Shown here piece after piece: positions 24,798 to 32,000 of a stretch of DNA of 32,000 nucleotides (position 1 is the stretch's first letter; every line of letters starts with the position of its first letter). The notes beneath the pieces are model-generated. The model worked only from the letters and a program-made list of their open reading frames with translations. It was not told the DNA's origin and made no database searches. Position numbers and translations under genes: made by a program. Origin of the DNA: Methylophaga frappieri (GTDB lineage: Bacteria > Pseudomonadota > Gammaproteobacteria > Nitrosococcales > Methylophagaceae); NCBI RefSeq assembly GCF_000260965.1, contig NC_017856.1, positions 2,460,001-2,492,000 on the forward strand, read 5' to 3'.

Positions 24798-26438
24798 TTA
24801 GGAACTGCAAGACAACATTGAGCATCCGGGTTTATGGCGTGCCCACTCAGGTCGCTTATTGGCGTACTCTTGATAGGCTGGTTGCTCATCGTAGGGGTGT
24901 CGCAAGACGTTCAGGAGTGTTTTAATCTCACTGAAGTCCCCTTTTTCTGCACGTTCGATGGCCTGTTGTGCCAAGTAGTTTCGCAATACATATTTGGGGT
25001 TGATCAGATTCATGGCTTTTTTACGCTCAGCATCAGACGTACCTTCTTCACGAACGCGAAGTTGATATTGACGCAACCATGCAACGATTTCTGTTTTGTC
25101 ATTCTGACTCACGCTCTTCGGCGCATACCAAGCCACCTCAATTATCGATAACAGTTCTGCATCAGTGATGGTGTCCGACTCGCAAGGCAACTCGGCAAGT
25201 TGCCGGTAAAACAAGGTCATATCGGTTTCGGTCAGCAACAAAATATGTTGAAGACGTTGATTTAACGCTTTATCTGAGGCCTCGTGATACTGTTTTAACC
25301 CCAATTTGTCAGCACGCATTTGTTGCCATTTTTGAGTGTAATCGTCAACAAAATCGTTAAGAATTTGCCGTAAGGGTTCCGACTCGTTGATTAGCGGGTA
25401 AAGCGCGTTCCCAAGCTGCAGCAGGTTCCACTGCATAATCTGAGCTTGGTGACCAAACCGGTAGCGTTTGAGGTCGGCATCGGTGGTATTTGGTGTCCAG
25501 TCAGGGTCGTAATCATCAATCCAGCCATATGGACCGTAATCAATGGTCAGTCCTAAAATTGAGGTGTTATCCGTATTTAACACGCCATGAACGAAACCAA
25601 CACGCATCCAGTCGACAACCAGCTTGGCTGAGCGTTCACAGACTTCCCTAAACCAGCGCAGGTAAGTTTCGTGGTTCGGTTCACCAAGGTGCGGAAAGTG
25701 ATGACAAATCGTAAAATCTACCAGTTTTTTTAGATTTTCGACGTCTTGGCGAGCACTAAAAATTTCGTAACTGCCAATTCTAAGAAACGAGGGAGCTACG
25801 CGGCAAACCACCGCACCAGGTTCTGATTTAGGGCGGCCGTCGTAAAACATATCCCGCATCACTTGTTCGCCCGTTCCAATCAGGCTAAGTGCTCGCGTTG
25901 TTGGGATACCGAGGTGGAACATGGCTTCACTACATAAAAACTCACGAACCGAAGAGCGCAACACCGCTAACCCATCGGCACTTCGGGAATAGGGTGTTTC
26001 ACCGGCCCCCTTGAGTTGTAGTGTTTGCAAAATGCCATGTTGATCGGGCACTTCGCCTAAATTAATTGCTCGGCCATCCCCCAATTGACCTGCCCAGTTT
26101 CCAAACTGATGGCCACCGTAGCATTGCGCATGAGGTTGCATGCCGGCAAGTTGTTCATTGCCAGCGAAGACTTGAGTAAACCATTCGTCTTCACAATCAT
26201 CAGCACTTAATCCAATATCTGTCGCCATCTCTGGCGAGTAGGCGATCAGATAAGGTGCTCGGACTTGGGTGGGATTAACAAACGAATAACATGCCCCCAA
26301 AACTTGTCGGCGCACGTTTTCCATATCGGGATCAGCAGGCAGCTCTCTAACAAAACGATTATTGAATTGCAGATTCAATCGGGTTTCGCTGTCGGCAGGA
26401 TTTAGCATGGTGTCAGTCAAATTAGTCATCGCCATCAT
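24798..26438 (-). CDS. selO: Protein adenylyltransferase (AMPylase) SelO / YdiU
   Basis: 546 aa. GGHQFGNWAGQLGDGRAINLGE, HGVLNTDNTSILGLTIDYGPYG, and a C-terminal ...CSMLSCSS tail typical of SelO-family proteins. Confidence 0.9.
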   Translation of the reverse strand: MMAMTNLTDTMLNPADSETRLNLQFNNRFVRELPADPDMENVRRQVLGACYSFVNPTQVRAPYLIAYSPEMATDIGLSADDCEDEWFTQVFAGNEQLAGMQPHAQCYGGHQFGNWAGQLGDGRAINLGEVPDQHGILQTLQLKGAGETPYSRSADGLAVLRSSVREFLCSEAMFHLGIPTTRALSLIGTGEQVMRDMFYDGRPKSEPGAVVCRVAPSFLRIGSYEIFSARQDVENLKKLVDFTICHHFPHLGEPNHETYLRWFREVCERSAKLVVDWMRVGFVHGVLNTDNTSILGLTIDYGPYGWIDDYDPDWTPNTTDADLKRYRFGHQAQIMQWNLLQLGNALYPLINESEPLRQILNDFVDDYTQKWQQMRADKLGLKQYHEASDKALNQRLQHILLLTETDMTLFYRQLAELPCESDTITDAELLSIIEVAWYAPKSVSQNDKTEIVAWLRQYQLRVREEGTSDAERKKAMNLINPKYVLRNYLAQQAIERAEKGDFSEIKTLLNVLRHPYDEQPAYQEYANKRPEWARHKPGCSMLSCSS

Positions 26439-26525
26439 TACAACAAATCGATGCCGGCTATAACACCGGCAACTTATGTGGTTATCGACTACACGTCAGT
26501 GCGATGGTTCATTCAAAGTGTATTA

Positions 26526-29348
26526 TCAATTCAATGCGTTTCGTTGTTGAGTCAGTTGTGAGAGCGCCTGCTCTAACTCGGCCAGCTTGTCACGTTCTTT
26601 GGCGACGACGTCTGCCGGCGCTTTGGCAACATAATTTTCATTTGCTAATTTGCCGCTGGACTGTTGAATAATTTTCGTCATTTTAACGATTTCTTTATCC
26701 AGACGGGCAATCTCGGCCTCTTTATCAATCAGGCCTTCCAGCGGGATCAGGATTTCCATTTTTCCAACCAGTGCGGTGGCGGCAGCTGGTGCATCGCCCT
26801 GTAGCAGTTCGATAGATTCCAGGTTAGCAAGACGGCTGAGGAAGTTACGGTTGTTGTCCAGTTTTGCCTGATCGTCTGAATGTGCGTCTTTCAATAACAC
26901 CGTCAACGCTTTTTTCGGTGCAATATTCATTTGCGAGCGAATCGAGCGAATGCCGGTAATAAAGTTCATCACCCATTCCATCTCCGCCACAGCCGCTGTG
27001 TCGACCTTGCTTTCATCAGCAATCGGATACGCCTGAGACATAATGGTATCGCCAGATTTACCGGCGAGTGGGGCAATGGTTTGCCAGATTTCTTCAGTGA
27101 TAAATGGCATAAAAGGGTGGGTCATGCGCAAGGTGGCTTCTAATACGCGTACCAAGGTACGGCGGGTGCCACGTTTGGCGGCTTCTGAGGCTGTATCTGA
27201 GGTCAGAACCGGTTTAGACAGTTCTAAGTACCAGTCACAGTAGTTATTCCAGATAAACTCGTAAATGCCTTGTGCCGCGTGGTCAAAGCGGTAGCTGTCG
27301 ATCGCTTTGGTGACTTCCTGCTCGGTGGTCTGCAACTGGGAAATAATCCAGCGATCCGCCAGGCTCAGCTCCACATCATCATTGTCGATACCGGTGTCCT
27401 GACCTTCGGTATTCATCAACACATAACGCGCGGCATTCCATAACTTATTACAGAAGTTACGGTAACCGGCAATACGGTTCATATCGAAGTTGATATCGCG
27501 ACCAGTAGAGGCCAGAGAGGCAAAGGTGAAACGCAGTGCATCCGTACCATGTGGTTCAATGCCATCCGGGAATTCTTTACGGGTGGCTTTTTCAATTTTT
27601 GCAGCCAGTTGCGGCTGCATCATGCCTGAGGTGCGTTTCTGTACCAAAGTCTCCAGATCGATACCGTCAATGATGTCGATAGGGTCGAGCACGTTACCTT
27701 TGGATTTCGACATCTTATGGCCGTGCGAATCACGCACCAGACCGTGGATATACACTTCTTTGAATGGCACTTCACCGAGGAAGTGAATGCCCATCATCAT
27801 CATTCTGGCAACCCAGAAGAAGATGATGTCAAAACCGGTGACCAGCACATTGCCCGGATACCAGGTCTTCACAGCCTCATCTTCTTTTGGCCAACCTAAG
27901 GTTGAGAATGGCCACAGGGCAGAGGAGAACCAGGTATCGAGAACGTCATCATCCTGCGTCAGTTGTACATTGGCAGTCAGATTATTTTCGGCGCGAACAG
28001 CATCTTCATCATGACCGACGTAAACATTACCTTGCTCGTCATACCAGGCCGGGATACGGTGCCCCCACCACAGTTGACGCGAAATGCACCAGTCCTGAAT
28101 GTCACGCATCCAGCTGTAGTACATGTTTTCGTAGGTCTTCGGTACGAACTGGACCTTGCCAGTTTCAACCGCTTCAATCGCGGGTTTCGCCAGCGTTTTG
28201 GCATCAACGTACCATTGATCGGTCAGCATGGGTTCAATGACCACGCCGCCACGATCGCCATAAGGTACAGTCAGGTCGTGATCTTTAATTTCTTCCAGCA
28301 GACCTGCAGCGTCAAAGTCAGCAACAATCGCTTTACGCGCTGCAAAGCGTTCCAGACCACGGTAGGCTTCTGGAACACTGGCTTCAACCTCAGTGTTGGT
28401 GCTGCCATCGGTATTGAAGACCTGTGGAATATCACGCACATCGGCATTCAAGGTGAAGATATTGATCATCGGCAGGCCACAACGCTTACCGACTTCGTAG
28501 TCGTTAAAGTCATGGGCTGGGGTGACTTTAACGGCACCGGTGCCTTTTTCCATATCCGCATGATCATCACCGACGATAGGAATACGGCGGTTCACCAGAG
28601 GCAGGATAATATCTTTACCAATCAGATCTTTGTAGCGTGGGTCTTCAGGATTAACCGCAACGCCAGTGTCACCGAGCATGGTTTCCGGACGCGTGGTGGC
28701 AACGACGATGTAGTCATTGCCTTCACTAGTTTTGAGGCCATCGGCCAGTGGGTAGCGAAGGTGCCACATATGGCCTTTCTGTTCGCGGTTCTCCACTTCC
28801 AGGTCAGAAATAGCGGTATGCAGTTTCGGATCCCAGTTAACCAGACGCTTGCCGCGGTAGATCAAGCCTTCTTTATAGAGTTTGACGAACACATGTTTGA
28901 CAGCTTCTGACAGATCCTCATCCATGGTGAAGCGGTTACGCGACCAGTCCAGCGAGGAACCGAGACGGCGCAGCTGACGGGTGATATTGCCGCCGGATTC
29001 TTCTTTCCATTCCCAGATGCGTTTGGTGAAATCGACACGACCCATCTCATGGCGGGTTTTGCCTTCCGCGTTGACCTGACGTTCGACGACCATCTGTGTC
29101 GCGATACCGGCATGGTCGGTACCCGGCTGCCACAAGGTGTTATCACCTTTCATACGGTGGTAACGGGTGAGGGTGTCCATGATGGTGTTATTGAAGCCAT
29201 GGCCCATATGCAGACTGCCGGTCACATTCGGTGGTGGCAGCATAATGCAGTAGGGTGAGCCTTCGCCGGATGGCTTGAATTCACCATTTTGTTCCCACTT
29301 CTGATACCAGCGTTGTTCGATCGCGTCAGGGCTGTATGTTTTTTCCAT
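26526..29348 (-). CDS. valS: Valine--tRNA ligase
   Basis: Start at ATG 29348 ([15 protein letters not shown]). Class I HIGH ([11 protein letters not shown]) and KMSKS motifs. C-terminal coiled coil. About 940 aa. Confidence 0.97.
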   Translation of the reverse strand: MEKTYSPDAIEQRWYQKWEQNGEFKPSGEGSPYCIMLPPPNVTGSLHMGHGFNNTIMDTLTRYHRMKGDNTLWQPGTDHAGIATQMVVERQVNAEGKTRHEMGRVDFTKRIWEWKEESGGNITRQLRRLGSSLDWSRNRFTMDEDLSEAVKHVFVKLYKEGLIYRGKRLVNWDPKLHTAISDLEVENREQKGHMWHLRYPLADGLKTSEGNDYIVVATTRPETMLGDTGVAVNPEDPRYKDLIGKDIILPLVNRRIPIVGDDHADMEKGTGAVKVTPAHDFNDYEVGKRCGLPMINIFTLNADVRDIPQVFNTDGSTNTEVEASVPEAYRGLERFAARKAIVADFDAAGLLEEIKDHDLTVPYGDRGGVVIEPMLTDQWYVDAKTLAKPAIEAVETGKVQFVPKTYENMYYSWMRDIQDWCISRQLWWGHRIPAWYDEQGNVYVGHDEDAVRAENNLTANVQLTQDDDVLDTWFSSALWPFSTLGWPKEDEAVKTWYPGNVLVTGFDIIFFWVARMMMMGIHFLGEVPFKEVYIHGLVRDSHGHKMSKSKGNVLDPIDIIDGIDLETLVQKRTSGMMQPQLAAKIEKATRKEFPDGIEPHGTDALRFTFASLASTGRDINFDMNRIAGYRNFCNKLWNAARYVLMNTEGQDTGIDNDDVELSLADRWIISQLQTTEQEVTKAIDSYRFDHAAQGIYEFIWNNYCDWYLELSKPVLTSDTASEAAKRGTRRTLVRVLEATLRMTHPFMPFITEEIWQTIAPLAGKSGDTIMSQAYPIADESKVDTAAVAEMEWVMNFITGIRSIRSQMNIAPKKALTVLLKDAHSDDQAKLDNNRNFLSRLANLESIELLQGDAPAAATALVGKMEILIPLEGLIDKEAEIARLDKEIVKMTKIIQQSSGKLANENYVAKAPADVVAKERDKLAELEQALSQLTQQRNALN

Positions 29349-29426
29349 GGTGTTGTTATTGGCTGAGTCGTGAAATAAGCAGGGCATTATACCTGCTTAA
29401 GCGCTGGCGGGGCAGGCCAGAAAGGC

Positions 29427-29855
29427 TTATTGATTATAGGTTTCTATTGGATAGCCACGTTCTTGATAAAATTTGTAGCGTAACCGGCCATGTTGTTTGA
29501 CCGACGGATCCGCATCAATAATTTCAGCTAACTTTTCAAATTGACTGAAAAATAACGGTTGTTTGGGATTGAGGTTTATCAAGACGTCCATTAACTGCGG
29601 TGGCGGCGAGTCGAGATGGCTGATAAAGACTTGTTGAACAGGCGGTATTTCAGATGCCTCAAGCACCTGATGTGGGACAAAGCTATCAGCACGAAAGTCC
29701 CATAGGAGCTGGTCAATAACGGTTGATTGTGCTGCATTCTCGGTATGAATTAGTACCTTTTTACCTTTTTTCCAGAGTTGCTCAGCAAGTCGGCAGGCAA
29801 ATGCCGGCCGACTTTCTGCGCTTTCTTTTAAAATGTAAAAAAGAATTTCCGTCAT
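29427..29855 (-). CDS. holC: DNA polymerase III subunit chi
   Basis: 142 aa. FYIL...ACRLAEQLWKKGKKVLIH...LDQLLWDF...SFVPH is collinear with E. coli HolC. Conserved pepA-holC-valS order. Confidence 0.85.
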   Translation of the reverse strand: MTEILFYILKESAESRPAFACRLAEQLWKKGKKVLIHTENAAQSTVIDQLLWDFRADSFVPHQVLEASEIPPVQQVFISHLDSPPPQLMDVLINLNPKQPLFFSQFEKLAEIIDADPSVKQHGRLRYKFYQERGYPIETYNQ

Positions 29856-29858
29856 GAA

Positions 29859-31346
29859 TCAGTCTGCAATCTGATTCAGTAGATATTGCATGAGTAATGG
29901 AACAGGTCTACCGGTTGCGCCTTTATCCTTACCACTGTTCCATGCGGTACCAGCAATATCCAAATGTGCCCAGGTGAATTTTTTGGTAAAGCGTGACAGG
30001 AAGCACGCCGCAGTGACGCTGCCCGCCTCTTTGCCACCAATGTTGGCAATGTCGGCAAAATTACTGTCTAACTGTTTTTGGTAGTCATCCCATAAGGGTA
30101 ATTGCCAGACTCGGTCGTGGCTTTCCAGGCCTGCTGCAATCAACGTATCGGCAAAGTTCTGATCATTACTCATCAGGCCTGTGGCATTGCTGCCTAGCGC
30201 CACAATGATGGCACCAGTCAGCGTGGCGATATCGATGACAGTCGCGGGGTCAAACCGTTCACTATAAGTTAGCGCATCACAGAGAATGAGGCGGCCTTCG
30301 GCATCGGTGTTAAGAATCTCAATGGTTTGTCCTGACATGCTGGTGACAACATCACCCGGTTTATTCGCATCGCCATCAGGCAAGTTTTCGGAGCTTGGCA
30401 CAACACCGATGACGTTGATGGGTAGCTGTAATTCTGCCACGGCTTGCAGTGTGCCAATAACACTGGCGGCGCCGCACATGTCGTATTTCATTTCATCCAT
30501 GCCCGGCGCAGGTTTTAAGGAAATACCACCTGCATCGAATGTCAGGCCCTTACCAACCAGCACATAAGGTTTGCTATTGCCACCGCCACCATAATTCAGG
30601 GTGATCAACTTGGCGGGTTGACGGCTGCCTCGGGAAACAGAGAGTAAGGAACCCATACCCAACTCAGCCATATCGGCTTCTTCGAGCACGTCGACGACCA
30701 GGTTGTTGTATTTTTCACCTAAGTCTAATGCTTGGTTGGCCAGGTAAGTTGGTGTGCAGACATTACCGGGCAAATTCCCCAACTCGCGGGCGAGATTCAT
30801 GCCATGGCCAATTGCCGCGCCAGTTTGACAGGCGGATTCTAGTGTTGATGCCTCACTGTCAGTGCTCGGGAAACCCAAATTTTCAAGCGGTTTTTCTACC
30901 GGTTTGAATTGGCTTTTGGTTTGATGGTAGTGGTATTGGCTGGTTTCCGTGTTGATGACGGCTTGACGGACTTTCCAATCAGTTTGACGATTGCTGACCG
31001 GGATCTCGGCTAAACAACTCACAGCATGTTGGACTGCACTCGTATTTAACCATCTCGCAACGGCGTTGGTCACCGTATTGTAATCATTTTCAGTGGTTTT
31101 ATTCTGTTCACCAGCGCCCGCTAACAGCACGCGTGGACTTTGCATACCCGTCAAATCTTGTAACAGTAATAGCTGGCCCGGTTTGCCGGTGATATCGCCC
31201 CGCTGATAATACTGACTCAACTTATCTTGGCTTGCTTTATTCAACGCTTCTGCTGACGAACTTAACTGACCATTTTGATAGACGGCTACGACAATGCAGT
31301 CCGTCTGCAGAGCAGTGAGTTCATCACGAGTAACAAAATATTGCAT
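29859..31346 (-). CDS. pepA: Leucyl aminopeptidase PepA (M17)
   Basis: VGKGLTFDAGGISLKP, MKYDMCGAA and the M17 signature NTDAEGRLILCDAL. Confidence 0.95.
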   Translation of the reverse strand: MQYFVTRDELTALQTDCIVVAVYQNGQLSSSAEALNKASQDKLSQYYQRGDITGKPGQLLLLQDLTGMQSPRVLLAGAGEQNKTTENDYNTVTNAVARWLNTSAVQHAVSCLAEIPVSNRQTDWKVRQAVINTETSQYHYHQTKSQFKPVEKPLENLGFPSTDSEASTLESACQTGAAIGHGMNLARELGNLPGNVCTPTYLANQALDLGEKYNNLVVDVLEEADMAELGMGSLLSVSRGSRQPAKLITLNYGGGGNSKPYVLVGKGLTFDAGGISLKPAPGMDEMKYDMCGAASVIGTLQAVAELQLPINVIGVVPSSENLPDGDANKPGDVVTSMSGQTIEILNTDAEGRLILCDALTYSERFDPATVIDIATLTGAIIVALGSNATGLMSNDQNFADTLIAAGLESHDRVWQLPLWDDYQKQLDSNFADIANIGGKEAGSVTAACFLSRFTKKFTWAHLDIAGTAWNSGKDKGATGRPVPLLMQYLLNQIAD

Positions 31347-31431
31347 GCATTTCTCCTGTGGCTGTAGATGGTTTAGACTGCGCTTTTGCCAGCCGCCTTG
31401 TGATAACTATTCTAACCAAGACCTGCCGATA

Positions 31432-32000
31432 ATGCCCACGCTTAGAAAATTATTTTCTCAACAGTTCGGTTTAATAGACCGTTATATGCTGCGCGAGTTT
31501 AGTCTTAACCTGCTGGCTGTGGTTGGTGTGTTATGGCTGATATATGTTGCCACCCGATTTGCCCGTTATCTTGCTGATGCGGCGGTTGGTAATTTACCCG
31601 CGGAAGTCATTTTTAATTTGCTTTGGTTGAACTCAATGGGCGCCTTATCGGTGCTGTTACCGATAGCCGTATTTCTTTCCGTGTTGCTGGGGCTGGGCAG
31701 AATGAGTGCGGACAATGAACTGACAGTGATCGCGGCTTGTGGCATCGCGGGGAATCGCATTCGGCGCAATGTACTTATCTTTACCGGAATCATGGGAATT
31801 GTGATTGCGTTGTTATCACTGTGGATCGTGCCTGATGTTCTGGCGGGACGCTATCAGCTTGAGCAGCGAGCCAAGGTGACAGCCGATACGACGGGGCTGG
31901 TTGCGGGGAGTTTCAAAGAGAGTCAGGCGGGGGACTGGACGTTCTATTCTCAAGGCCTGAGCGCGGATAGAACACACATGGAAAATGTGTTTATCGAAAT
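31432..32000 (+). CDS. lptF: LPS export ABC permease LptF, N-terminal part (3' end outside window)
   Basis: Not in the ORF track because no stop falls in the window. My own translation from ATG 31432 gives MPTLRKLFSQQFGLIDRYMLREFSLNLLAVVGVLWLIYVATRF...LPIAVFLSVLLGLGRMSADNELTVIAACGI, collinear with the YjgP/LptF N-terminus. Divergent from pepA, as in many gammaproteobacteria. Confidence 0.8.
   Translation, partial: MPTLRKLFSQQFGLIDRYMLREFSLNLLAVVGVLWLIYVATRFARYLADAAVGNLPAEVIFNLLWLNSMGALSVLLPIAVFLSVLLGLGRMSADNELTVIAACGIAGNRIRRNVLIFTGIMGIVIALLSLWIVPDVLAGRYQLEQRAKVTADTTGLVAGSFKESQAGDWTFYSQGLSADRTHMENVFIE

Noticed and set aside
27963-28910. 315-aa ORF antisense to valS, plus several other plus-strand ORFs between 26931 and 29258
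   Set aside because: Fully embedded antisense to a strongly supported, motif-rich valS gene. The protein sequence is low-information (rich in F/N/V/I/R and similar). It is a typical shadow ORF produced by codon bias.

Overview
This looks like a chromosomal segment from a moderate-GC gammaproteobacterium, probably marine, judging by Ni-SOD, a Zrg-type zinc system and conserved pepA-holC-valS / lptF synteny. I see no rRNA, tRNA, CRISPR, transposase or integrase.

Gene order:
- clpA 3' end.
- A B12 module on the minus strand: near-consensus promoter, cobalamin riboswitch, btuB, cobO.
- metZ.
- An uncharacterised, translationally coupled pair: a periplasmic VWA/MIDAS protein with a C-terminal anchor, then an 833-aa hyper-acidic N-anchored protein carrying a perfect (GCCGAA)x28 in-frame microsatellite.
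- A Helicobacter-type malate:quinone oxidoreductase-like flavoprotein overlapping greB.
- A four-gene Ni-superoxide dismutase operon: His/Gln-rich helical protein, 67-aa His-motif membrane protein, sodN, sodX. It is divergent from a TonB-dependent receptor.
- A signal-peptide-bearing katG downstream of oxyR.
- A zinc-homeostasis cluster: MerC-like, DUF1826, ZrgA-like DUF2796, zur; then divergent DUF3299 and an ABC ATPase plus FtsX-type permease.
- A PQQ sugar dehydrogenase, selO, valS, holC, pepA and the 5' end of lptF.

Most of the window is ordinary core genome. The best candidates for undescribed biology are the VWA/acidic-protein pair with its repeat, and the extra genes and operator-like palindrome around the Ni-SOD operon. 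All functional calls rest on motif recognition by eye. No searches were run.
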